A DNA stretch of 47,007 nt from Acidobacteriota bacterium (GTDB lineage: Bacteria; Acidobacteriota; Vicinamibacteria; Vicinamibacterales; CAVVIG01): NCBI GenBank assembly GCA_025358945.1, contig JANYHS010000217.1:1-47007 (forward strand), read 5' to 3'. Under the pieces are notes generated by a model. That model was given only the letters and a program-made list of their open reading frames with translations, was not told where the DNA came from and ran no database searches. Shown piece by piece: positions 35,654 to 44,015 of the stretch. Within the stretch, counting starts at the first letter, position 1. Each line of letters begins with the position of its first letter. Made by a program: the position numbers and the translations under genes.

Positions 35654-37473
35654 CGTCCGCCGCCGGGCTTTTTTGGCGCGAGCGGGTTCGGATTCACGGT
35701 GTCTTCCGGCTTCGGCACCTCGAGCGGCAACAGCGGCAGTTCGGCAATCGGCGCCAGCGAATCTCGCCCGACGCGGAACGGCCGCAGGTCGGCCTCAGTC
35801 AAATCCAGCACCCGGATGATGTGCGGCGTCAGCGTCAGGATGATGTCGGTCTGCGTCGTCGACTTCGTCGTGCGGCCGAAGAGATGTCCCACCAGGGGCA
35901 GGTCGCTCAGCCCCGGCAGGCCGTCGAGTGAATGGCGCTCCTCGTCCCTGATCAAACCCGCGAGCATGTTCGTCTCGCCATCGCGCAGCCGGATGACCGT
36001 GTTGATCTCGCGATTGCCGAACGTCGGCAGCCCGCCAAAGCCCGTCCCGGAAATATTGGTGACCGCGATTTTCAGCGTCAGGGACACGTCGTCGTCGTGA
36101 TGCGTGCGCGGGGTGATGTCGATGTTGACGCCGATGTTCTGGTAGTTGAACGACGTGATCGGCTGCTGCGCCGTGCCACCGGTCGCGAGCGGCGCGAACG
36201 TCGTGACCGGCACCGGCACCTGTTCGCCGAAGCGGGCGGTGGCGGCAACGCCGTCGGTCGAGCGCAGTTGCGGGTTGGCCAGCGTCCGGGTATTCGAGTC
36301 GCTCTTGAGCAGCCGGTAGTAGAGCGACGGCAGGCCGGAGAGCAGGATGTCCGACTGCGACAGGTTGCGGAGCGCCGACAGGGAGAGGCCCGCCGTGGGC
36401 ACGCTGACAACGGCGCTGCCGTTGATGCCCGGCGACCCAGACGAGGCAATCTGCAGGCCGTATTCAGCCAGCTTGGTGCGATCGACTTCGATCAGCTCGA
36501 CGTCGATGATCACCTCGGGCCGCGCCTTGTCGATGGCCGAGATCACCCGCGACGCGGCGGCGATCCGTTCGGGCGAGTCCTTGATCGTCAGCGCATTGGT
36601 GGCGGTGGTCGGTGAGATGCGCCGCGCGTCCAGCACCATGCGCAGCAGATCCATCGTCTCTTTGAGATCGGCGTTGCTCAGGTAGAACGTCTTGACGATT
36701 TCTTCTTCGTACTCGCGGCGCTTGGCGGGCGTGTCCGGGATGATGATGATTGTTTTCGGCGCGGTCACGCGGACGAACGAGCGCGTCGCGCCGGCGACCG
36801 TGTTGAGCGCATCCTCGAGCGTGGTGTTGCGCAGGTCGACAGTGACCGGCGTGTCGCGGAACGACGCATCGAAAATCAGACTGATGTTGGCGAGCCGCGA
36901 GATGGCGGTGAAGACGTCGCGGCTGCTCGCCTCGCGGAACGTGAGCGACGCCGGCATCTTCACGCCCGCCGGCAGGTCCATCCCTGGAGGCGGCAGATCG
37001 CGTGTGCGATCCATCAGCGTCTGCAACTCGGTCTTGCCCTCGCGGGCGACAGCGATCTTGGTGCGCAGCTTGGTTCTTGTGGCGCGCAGTTCCGCGTCGA
37101 GGTCGCCGTTGGTGGGGTTCAGTTCGGACGCCACCTCATATTCCAGGAGCGCCTGATCGAGCTTGCCGGTGGCCACAAAGCGCCGGCCGCGCGAGAAATG
37201 ATCCTGCGACGCGCGCAGCTTGCTGCGTTCCAGCGCCGCCCGGGTGTTGCCATCGTCGGGTCGGAGGCGGAGCGCCTTGGCGTACTCCACCACGGCCAGG
37301 TCGTAGTCCTGACGATGCTCGGCGTCCGTGCCCCGGCGCAGCGCGCCCGAGGCGGCGCACCCGGCGCCGAGCAGGCAGACCGCGAGCCACACGGCGGCGA
37401 TGCCGTGACGGCGACATTCAGTGACGGGAAGAGGTACTGACAACATCAACACCGCGTGGGATCTTGAAGGCAA
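35650..37473 (-). CDS. Secretin-family outer-membrane channel (GspD/PilQ-like) with N-terminal TPR region
   Basis: C-terminal secretin block LANPQLRSTDG...GLPGLSDLPLVGHLFG...TDIILTLTPHIIR. N-terminus carries a lipobox-like LLGAGC and TPR-like YDLAVVEYAKALRLRPDD. Alternative start ATG at 37446. Confidence 0.75.
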   Translation of the reverse strand: MPSRSHAVLMLSVPLPVTECRRHGIAAVWLAVCLLGAGCAASGALRRGTDAEHRQDYDLAVVEYAKALRLRPDDGNTRAALERSKLRASQDHFSRGRRFVATGKLDQALLEYEVASELNPTNGDLDAELRATRTKLRTKIAVAREGKTELQTLMDRTRDLPPPGMDLPAGVKMPASLTFREASSRDVFTAISRLANISLIFDASFRDTPVTVDLRNTTLEDALNTVAGATRSFVRVTAPKTIIIIPDTPAKRREYEEEIVKTFYLSNADLKETMDLLRMVLDARRISPTTATNALTIKDSPERIAAASRVISAIDKARPEVIIDVELIEVDRTKLAEYGLQIASSGSPGINGSAVVSVPTAGLSLSALRNLSQSDILLSGLPSLYYRLLKSDSNTRTLANPQLRSTDGVAATARFGEQVPVPVTTFAPLATGGTAQQPITSFNYQNIGVNIDITPRTHHDDDVSLTLKIAVTNISGTGFGGLPTFGNREINTVIRLRDGETNMLAGLIRDEERHSLDGLPGLSDLPLVGHLFGRTTKSTTQTDIILTLTPHIIRVLDLTEADLRPFRVGRDSLAPIAELPLLPLEVPKPEDTVNPNPLAPKKPGGGR

Positions 37474-38101
37474 ATTCCTTATCGGCTAGACCGATGTTTT
37501 CCTTCAGATTCGTGAAGGAAAAGCTTGATGTTCCGCCCTGCGCGTCCACCGTCAGCAGGCCCCGGATCGACAGGGTGCCTGGATCGACGACGAGCTCCAG
37601 CCAATCGTAGTCCCGTTGCCGGGCCTTCGGGATCAGCTTCAGCGCCCGGCTGCCGGCTGCCGCGGTCGCGGGTGCATCCACGAGCGAAGGTGTGAAGTCG
37701 CGGGTCAGGTTGCCCTTCCCGGCGAGAAACATCGCCGGCGTCGGCGCGTCCTCGTCCGGCGGCACGGGGGCGACAATCACCTGCTTGTCCTGGGGGATGT
37801 ACGAATACATTTTCAGGCCGTCGGACACGAACTGCTTGGTCTCTGGCTCGACATAGTCCCAGCGCATCTTGCCGGGTTTCTTCACGAGCAGGCGGCCGCG
37901 CTCCGTGATCTTCTTGCGGAGGACGCCACCCACGTAGGCGTGGGTGAAGTCGGCCGAAAAATCCTTGATGCCGTCGTACTTCCGCTGCAGCGCCACGGCG
38001 AGTTCGGGCGCCGTCGGCTCGGCCGCGCGCGCGATCTGTTGCCCGCCACGCGCCGCACAGGAGGCCAGCGCGAGAACGAGGACCCGGCCGAAGCGACTCA
38101 T
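37418..38101 (-). CDS. lolA: Outer-membrane lipoprotein carrier LolA-like
   Basis: Signal peptide MSRFGRVLVLALASCAA; also ERGRLLVKKPGKMRWDYVEP and QFVSDGLKMYSYIPQDKQV. Confidence 0.75.
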   Translation of the reverse strand: MSRFGRVLVLALASCAARGGQQIARAAEPTAPELAVALQRKYDGIKDFSADFTHAYVGGVLRKKITERGRLLVKKPGKMRWDYVEPETKQFVSDGLKMYSYIPQDKQVIVAPVPPDEDAPTPAMFLAGKGNLTRDFTPSLVDAPATAAAGSRALKLIPKARQRDYDWLELVVDPGTLSIRGLLTVDAQGGTSSFSFTNLKENIGLADKEFAFKIPRGVDVVSTSSRH

Positions 38102-38144
38102 GGGATCAACCTTAGCACCGAAGGTCCGGGCTAACGCCGGAACC

Positions 38145-40130
38145 CTACCGGTGATGGGTATCGACGAGGTAGCGCGCCTGCGGGGCATAGATATTGGACG
38201 CGTAGGCGGTGCGGATGGCCCTGCCGTTGCCGTCGAACGCCGCGAAGCTGATGCCGCGCTCGACGATCAGCGTGTGCTGTCTGGCGACGACGACATGTCC
38301 GAACCCCATGCGGCGAATCGTGTCGGAGATCAGCCACGACTCCATGCGGATTTCCACGCCGACGCCATCCAGCGAGATTTCACGTCTGAACGGCCGATCC
38401 GCGGCGGCGACCAAGTCCGGCGCGGCGCCCAGGATGCCCGCAATGACGGCGTAGCCGCCGGGCGGCAGTGAGGTCGCGCGGCCGGAGGTCAGTGCCTGCA
38501 GCGCGCGCGAGAGTTCGGCGGCGTCGAGTCCCAGGTCTGGCGACGGCCGCAGCACGGACATGACGTAGCGTGTTCCCGCCGGAACATCGCGGATGGTGTC
38601 CGACAACCTCCGGACCTGGACGCGCGGATCCGGCATGGTCGGCAGCAACGGACCGTACGCCGCCGTCAACGTGTCGCGCGCCCGCTGGGTCACGACGACA
38701 TCGCGCTCAATCGCGCGGTTGTCAGCGACGAGCGCCGGCGCGTAGAGCAGGACGTCGGGCAGTCGCGCGTACACGATCGCGGGCCGCTTCACTTTGACGA
38801 AGTACGCGAGTCCATTTCCAATCTGCCAGTTGACGTCCTCCAGCAGGATGCTGTGGCGGTCGTCGAGCCCGGCGGTAAGTGCATCAACGACCGCGGCAGG
38901 CCGGGAGTCTTCGCTGCGATCGAGCGCGGGGAAATCATGGTACGCGCGCGTGCCGGCATACACGATGAGGAGCGAGGCGGCAATGGTGACTCCATGTCGC
39001 GCGATCGCACGACTGAAGTCGTGCGCCACGAAGTCGTGCGCCACGAAGTCGTCCGCCACGAAGTCGTGCGCCACGAAGTCGTGCGCCACGAAGATGCGCG
39101 CCGAGACGACGCGTCCGGCCAATGCGACGGCTGGCGCCGCCAGCAGCGCCAGAATCAGATGGGACGGCAGGTAGAAGACGTGCGCGTCGCCGACGTTGTA
39201 GCTGTACGCAAAGATCACGTTCGCGGCGAACAACGTGAACATCAGCAGCGCGCGGCGCCGGTTCGTGATCGCGAGCTGCGTCAGTCCCGCCGCCGCGAGC
39301 AGCGGTCCCGCCAGGCCGAACTGTTGTCGCAGGTCGAACCAGTACATGGCCAGATGATCGCCAAACAGCGACTGCGGCACGTGCATCACCATCGTGTCGC
39401 GCCAGTCGGACTTCGTGACGTCGAACCAGAAGCGCTGCAGCGCGTCGGTGAGGGAGTGGGGCGGATCCGGGAGGAGCCACAGCGTCCGCAGATTCCAGGA
39501 GTACTGCAGTACTCCGGCGATGGCGCACGCCGTGGCGATGATCGCGATGCGCGGCGTGATCATCGAGCGCCAGCCGCGTGGCGCGGCGATCAGCAGAAAG
39601 ATCGTGTAGCCCGGTAGCAGCAGCACCATCGAGAGGTGATTGCCGAAGCCGAGTGCGTAGACGGCGAAGAAGGCGAACAGCCGGCCGCTGGTTGGCTGCT
39701 CGCCCCAGCGCAGCAGGAGCCACAGCGTCAACGTGAGCAACACAGCGTGGAGCGCATAGACCTCGGCGATGATCGCCTGGCTCCAGAACGTGTACGACGC
39801 GGCAAACAGCAGCGCCGCAGCCACGCCGGCGGTTATTGACCCCGAAAGCTCTGCGGCGACCAGGACCAGAAGCCCGCACGCGATCGCTGCCTCGATCGCC
39901 GACGCCATGTTCAGCGCGTGCGCCGGCTCGGCGCCGCTCAGCCACACCCAGAAAGAGCCGATGGCAAAGTACAGCGGGTAGCCGTCGCGAGGGGTGATGA
40001 GCGGAGAGCCGACGGTCGCTTGGAACGATCCAGTGTCGCCGAAGTCGACGCCCGGCAGCAGGGTGGCGTGATACAGCGCGAACGCCGCCAGCCCGACGAC
40101 GAACGCGGCGAACAAGGCCCGGCGGGTCAT
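38145..40130 (-). CDS. DUF2723-type polytopic membrane protein (GT-C glycosyltransferase-like)
   Basis: N-terminus LYHATLLPGVDFGDTGSFQ, about 10 TM helices, then a soluble C-terminal half. Contains the HDFVA tandem repeat. Confidence 0.7.
   Translation of the reverse strand: MTRRALFAAFVVGLAAFALYHATLLPGVDFGDTGSFQATVGSPLITPRDGYPLYFAIGSFWVWLSGAEPAHALNMASAIEAAIACGLLVLVAAELSGSITAGVAAALLFAASYTFWSQAIIAEVYALHAVLLTLTLWLLLRWGEQPTSGRLFAFFAVYALGFGNHLSMVLLLPGYTIFLLIAAPRGWRSMITPRIAIIATACAIAGVLQYSWNLRTLWLLPDPPHSLTDALQRFWFDVTKSDWRDTMVMHVPQSLFGDHLAMYWFDLRQQFGLAGPLLAAAGLTQLAITNRRRALLMFTLFAANVIFAYSYNVGDAHVFYLPSHLILALLAAPAVALAGRVVSARIFVAHDFVAHDFVADDFVAHDFVAHDFSRAIARHGVTIAASLLIVYAGTRAYHDFPALDRSEDSRPAAVVDALTAGLDDRHSILLEDVNWQIGNGLAYFVKVKRPAIVYARLPDVLLYAPALVADNRAIERDVVVTQRARDTLTAAYGPLLPTMPDPRVQVRRLSDTIRDVPAGTRYVMSVLRPSPDLGLDAAELSRALQALTSGRATSLPPGGYAVIAGILGAAPDLVAAADRPFRREISLDGVGVEIRMESWLISDTIRRMGFGHVVVARQHTLIVERGISFAAFDGNGRAIRTAYASNIYAPQARYLVDTHHR
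39015..39104. repeat. In-frame 15-bp tandem repeat (5 full units plus 1 degenerate) inside the DUF2723 gene
   Basis: GAAGTCGTGCGCCAC repeated. One unit has G->C (GTCC), and the last is degenerate (GAAGATGCGCGCCGA). It encodes FVAHDFVAHDFVADDFVAHDFVAHDF. Confidence 0.9.
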
Positions 40131-40143
40131 GCGATGCTCGCAG

Positions 40144-41814
40144 TCAGCGTCCGGCGCGTTTGGCGGCGATCACGGCCTGAACCTCGCCCAGCGGCCGCGC
40201 GTTCAGGACGTGTCGCGGCTCCACCCATCCGCGCCGCGCCATGACGATGCCGAGGTCCATCTGGCGGCCGAGCATCTCCGCGCGGTGGCAGTCGCTGTCA
40301 ATCGACACCGTGGCGCCCGCAGCAATCGCGCGCCGCGCCAGCGCGCCGTCGAGGTCCAGGTGCGACGGCGATCCATCGATCTCAACGACCGTGTTGGTGT
40401 TCACCGCCATCTCGAACAGGCGGTCGTAATCGAGGTCGTACCCGCGCCGGGTGGGTACGATGCGGTTGGTCGGATGCGTGATCATCGTCACCAGCGGATG
40501 TTTCATGGCGGACGCGTAGCGTTTCATCAGCTGATCGGGTCCGTGCCCCGCGCGCTCGTGCAGCGACGCGAGCACGATGTCGAACTGCTCGAGGACCTTG
40601 TCGGCGAAGTCGAGCCGGCCGTCCGGCAGGATGTCGACCTCGCATCCGTGCAGGATGGCGATGTCCGGGAATCGCTGGCGCAGTTCGGCGATCTCTTCCG
40701 CCTGCTTCTTCAGGCTGTCCTGCGTCAGGTTGCGCGCGGCGGCGGAATGCGGGGAGTGGTCGGTGATCGCCATGTACGTATAGGCGAGGGCGCGGCACCC
40801 CTCGACCATCACTTCGATCGAATCCCGGCCGTCGCTCCACGTCGAATGCATGTGCAGATCGCCGCGGATGTCGTTGCGCGTGACGAGAGCCGGCAGCGTG
40901 CCCAGACTCGCGCGCGTCACTTCCTCGTCGCCGTTCCTGATCTCGGGCGGAATGAACGGCAGGCCAAGCGCCGCGTAAATCTCGTCTTCGGTCGCCGCGG
41001 GCCGCAACGCCCCGTGGCTGTCGTGGAGGCCGTCGGCTTTCAGCGTCCAGCCGGCCGCAGCGGCGTGCGTACGCAGCGCGGAAAAGTGTGCGCGGGACCC
41101 TGTCAGGTAAAGGAGATCGGCGCCGGCGTTGGCGGGTTCCGGCAAGCGGACGCCGATCTGCACGCGGTCGGTCAGGATGTACAGCCGGCGTTCGCTCCGG
41201 TGCAGCACGTGTGCCGCCTCTGGCAGCATCAGCAGCGCGTCGATGGCGTCGACGGGCCGCGACGTCGGCGCGACGATCTCGATGTCGCCGACCATGTCCT
41301 GGCCGCGGCGCAGGGAACCGACCGGCATCGCCCACTCGACGCCGGGTGCTGCGCGCAGGGGCTCCATTACCGCGTCCACGAGACTGGCGGCGCGGCCGAG
41401 CGGAACCCGCGGAATGCGCGCGCGCAACGTCGGGAGCGCCGTCTCGACGGCCGCTTCCACCGCTGCGTCGAGGCCGGGCAGCGCGCGCAGTTTCCGTTCA
41501 TCTACCGCGTCAGCCAGGTCGGCGACAGACGTGGCGCCGAGTAATCCGTGCAGCGTCGCCAGTTGCTCGATGGTGACGGCGCCGGACTCGAACAGCCAGC
41601 GCAGATCGGCGGGCAGGTCGGCAATCGCCGATTCGACCAGCACCCAGCCGCCGGCTTCGTACATCTGGCGCAGTCGCTTGAGGACCTCGGGATCGCAGTC
41701 AGCCGGTGGATGGTCGAAGAGGGGACCGGTGTCAGCGTCGGACTCGATGTGGTTCGCACGCACCAACGCGAGCGCGCGTGACCATAACGCCGCTTCGGCG
41801 GCGTCGCCGCGCAT
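40144..41814 (-). CDS. PolX-like protein with degenerate polymerase palm and intact PHP phosphoesterase domain
   Basis: VGSLRRGQDMVGDIEIVA and VQIGVRLP sit where PolX has GDxDxL and vDLR. LYLTGS and IYAALGLPFIPPEIR are conserved. PHP motifs GDLHMHS, ITDHS, GCEVDI, ASLHE, THP and DSDCH are all present. Confidence 0.75.
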   Translation of the reverse strand: MRGDAAEAALWSRALALVRANHIESDADTGPLFDHPPADCDPEVLKRLRQMYEAGGWVLVESAIADLPADLRWLFESGAVTIEQLATLHGLLGATSVADLADAVDERKLRALPGLDAAVEAAVETALPTLRARIPRVPLGRAASLVDAVMEPLRAAPGVEWAMPVGSLRRGQDMVGDIEIVAPTSRPVDAIDALLMLPEAAHVLHRSERRLYILTDRVQIGVRLPEPANAGADLLYLTGSRAHFSALRTHAAAAGWTLKADGLHDSHGALRPAATEDEIYAALGLPFIPPEIRNGDEEVTRASLGTLPALVTRNDIRGDLHMHSTWSDGRDSIEVMVEGCRALAYTYMAITDHSPHSAAARNLTQDSLKKQAEEIAELRQRFPDIAILHGCEVDILPDGRLDFADKVLEQFDIVLASLHERAGHGPDQLMKRYASAMKHPLVTMITHPTNRIVPTRRGYDLDYDRLFEMAVNTNTVVEIDGSPSHLDLDGALARRAIAAGATVSIDSDCHRAEMLGRQMDLGIVMARRGWVEPRHVLNARPLGEVQAVIAAKRAGR

Positions 41815-41896
41815 CGTCGCTAACGATGCAAGCTGATCGAGCGTCCGGTGAAAAGGCGAGACGGACGTCGCTGGAAAGTCGCCAGGAATCGGCGGA

Positions 41897-42259
41897 CTAG
41901 CCTTTCAGTGCCCCAGGTTCGGGCGTCGTCTGCTTGGGAGCTTCCTTGGTTTCGGTGGGCAGGTTCGCGGCGAGCCAGTCGCCGATGCCGCCCTGCAGTG
42001 CCGCCGCTTTGAAGCCCTGCCGGATTAACTGCGCGGCGACTTCAGAACTCGCAAGCTCGTTCGGGTCCGAGTCGTAGACGACAACGTCGCGATCGCGCGG
42101 TAAGGTGGCAGGGCCATCGTGGCCGATGCGCAGCGCGCCCGGGAGCTTCACGGTGCTGTGTTCGAACGGATACTTGAGCCGGGCGTCAACGAGAACAGGG
42201 GGCGTGGCGCTGTCGAGACGCAGTTTCAAATCTTCTTTGGTGACGCGAGGAACGGGCAC
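41897..42259 (-). CDS. Rhodanese-homology domain protein lacking the catalytic Cys
   Basis: LVDARLKYPFEHSTVKLPGALRI...DVVVYDSDPNELASSEVAAQLIRQGF..LQGGIGDW. The active-site loop position is Asp (VYDSD). Confidence 0.65.
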   Translation of the reverse strand: MPVPRVTKEDLKLRLDSATPPVLVDARLKYPFEHSTVKLPGALRIGHDGPATLPRDRDVVVYDSDPNELASSEVAAQLIRQGFKAAALQGGIGDWLAANLPTETKEAPKQTTPEPGALKG

Positions 42260-42264
42260 GACTG

Positions 42265-42459
42265 TTATTGTGATCGCGCGGTGCGCGGACTGTCAACTTT
42301 CCGGGTCGGTTTCAACACCGCCTTCACCGGTGTGGGATCGATGGCCCAGCCAGAGGATCGCTTGCCACAGTGCACGCAGCGGAGGAAGATCGTACCTTTT
42401 TCGCCCCACATACCGTAGTCGTGACGTCCGGACAGATAGCAATTGAGCAGGTCGAACAT
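42265..42459 (-). CDS. Small Cys/His-containing hypothetical protein (64 aa)
   Basis: MFDLLNCYLSGRHDYG...LRCVHCGKRSSGW. The stop lies 5 nt before the rhodanese start. Confidence 0.4.
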   Translation of the reverse strand: MFDLLNCYLSGRHDYGMWGEKGTIFLRCVHCGKRSSGWAIDPTPVKAVLKPTRKVDSPRTARSQ

Positions 42460-42555
42460 GACGGGCCTTTCTGAGCGCCGGTTTGGGTAGTTACCCTATC
42501 GCAAGTGGCGATGGCGCGTCCAATGTAATAATCGACCGATCGAGGCACTTGGACC

Positions 42556-42753
42556 ATGGCAAAACAGTTGGAATTGCACGGACGTCAGTTCTGGATTCTC
42601 TCGGAACCCGAGGGAACCGGCTGGAAGGCGGAGGTCCTCGAAGTGAAGCCGGGCGACGTGCAGGAGCCTGTCGGCATCGATGCCACCGGGGAGACGCGGG
42701 GCGCCGCCGATGATGCGGCAGAGCGGAAGCTACGCCGCCTGATGCAGGCTTAG
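42556..42753 (+). CDS. Small hypothetical protein (65 aa)
   Basis: Open frame with ATG. No family recognised. Confidence 0.35.
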   Translation: MAKQLELHGRQFWILSEPEGTGWKAEVLEVKPGDVQEPVGIDATGETRGAADDAAERKLRRLMQA

Positions 42754-43541
42754 GATGCGGCGGGGCCAGACCCGCGCGGCGCAACGAACCACGCCAGAAC
42801 GATGCTCAGCAGGTAGAGGATGACCATCGGCGCGGCGAACACGGTCTGGTTCCAGGGATCACCGGACGGCGTCAGCACCGCGGCGAGAACGAAGATGATC
42901 AGGATCGCGTACTTCGTGTTGTTCCACAGGAACCGCGCCGAGACCAGTCCCATCTTTGCGAGGAAGAACACCACCGTCGGCATCTGGAACACCAGCGCCA
43001 TCCCCAGCAGCATCTTGATGTAGAGATCCCACGCCGTCTCGACCTTCGGCATGAACTGCAGGTTCGCGTTGCTGAAGGTGCCGAAGAACTCGATCATGTA
43101 CGGGAACACGATGTAGTGGCTGAAGAGCCATCCCGCCACGAGCCCCGTCGACGACATCAACACGAACGGGATCGCGAAGCGCTTCTGGTTCGCGTACAGC
43201 GCCGGCGCAATCAATCGCCACAGCTGATACAGGATGAACGGCGAGGCGAGCGCCGTGCCGGAGATGAGCGCGATGTTGATGTAGAGGGAGAACGCTTCGC
43301 CGGGCGCGGTGTAGATCAGCTTGGTGCCGGGCGGCAGCGCGCGGCGCATGGGCGCGAAGATAAACGCCACGATGCGATCGATGTAGACGAACGCCACGAG
43401 ACAGCCCACCGCGATCGCCATGCACGATCGCACGACCCGCTTGCGGACCTGTTCAAGGAAATCGAGGATGGACAGACCCGCCCATGGTGGACGGAAGTCC
43501 TCCCCCTGCGGGTTGTACCAATTCCCGAGCGCGGGGGGCAT
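42750..43541 (-). CDS. tatC: Twin-arginine translocase subunit TatC
   Basis: Contains FLEQVRKRVVRS, six TM segments, FILYQLWRLIAPALY and LTPSGDPWNQ. TAAAAT lies 7 nt upstream of the ATG. Confidence 0.85.
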   Translation of the reverse strand: MPPALGNWYNPQGEDFRPPWAGLSILDFLEQVRKRVVRSCMAIAVGCLVAFVYIDRIVAFIFAPMRRALPPGTKLIYTAPGEAFSLYINIALISGTALASPFILYQLWRLIAPALYANQKRFAIPFVLMSSTGLVAGWLFSHYIVFPYMIEFFGTFSNANLQFMPKVETAWDLYIKMLLGMALVFQMPTVVFFLAKMGLVSARFLWNNTKYAILIIFVLAAVLTPSGDPWNQTVFAAPMVILYLLSIVLAWFVAPRGSGPAAS

Positions 43542-43784
43542 GCAGAGATTTTAGTCCAGAACTAGCGCGCGGCCCGGACGCCGGCAAACGCGCCCCGGCG
43601 CCAGAGCCGCTCGACACGGAAGCCGGAGTCGTGCATCAGCGCTATGCGTCGAACTGCGCGCCGGACGTGCGGTCGAGGGCGGGGTAGCAGTCGACGCCGA
43701 CCTCCAATCCGCCCGCTCGGAGCGCCGCATGGATCCGCCGGTACAACGCTTTCTTTATAGGTCGCGTGCGGTGGGGCCGGTAGC

Positions 43785-43852
43785 GCAGGTCGGTCGGGCA
43801 GGTCAGGCAGGTCAGGCAGGTCAGGCAGGTCGGATGGGTCGGATGGGTTCGT
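43785..43852. repeat. 9-bp tandem repeat (about 7 units) straddling the stop of the small 4-Cys gene
   Basis: GCAGGTCGG..CAGGTCAGG x3, CAGGTCGGA, TGGGTCGGA, TGGGTTCGT. On the minus strand this reads PIR PIR PA* PA* PA*, giving three in-frame TGA codons. Confidence 0.85.
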
Positions 43853-44015
43853 GGCCCGAACATTCGCGAACCGGCAGCACGGGATAGCGGCGGAATGCCG
43901 GGTTGGTTGCCGACAGCGTGCACAGATAGAACGTCGCGTCGTGCGACGAGACGACCACCTCGACGAAGCGGCAGGATGCACAGCGCCCGATTCGCTCTGG
44001 CGGTGGAGCGACCAT
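43821..44015 (-). CDS. Small 4-Cys protein (64 aa)
   Basis: MVAPPPERIGRCASCRF...FYLCTLSATNPAFRRYPVLPVRECSGHEP. The start overlaps the MutS-like stop (TGATG). The CxxC...C...YP.LPV..C.G pattern resembles a conserved uncharacterised family as far as I recall. Confidence 0.5.
   Translation of the reverse strand: MVAPPPERIGRCASCRFVEVVVSSHDATFYLCTLSATNPAFRRYPVLPVRECSGHEPIRPIRPA

Noticed and set aside
39015-39104. Tandem repeats (here and at 43785-43852, 19418-19491) considered as CRISPR arrays
   Set aside because: The units are 7-15 bp and directly abutting with no spacers, and no cas genes are present. They are simple tandem repeats.
38853-39945. Alternative-frame ORFs (254 aa on the plus strand, 336 aa on the minus strand) across the DUF2723 region
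   Set aside because: Arg-rich nonsense translations. The 661-aa frame gives coherent TM helices and the DUF2723 N-terminal signature.
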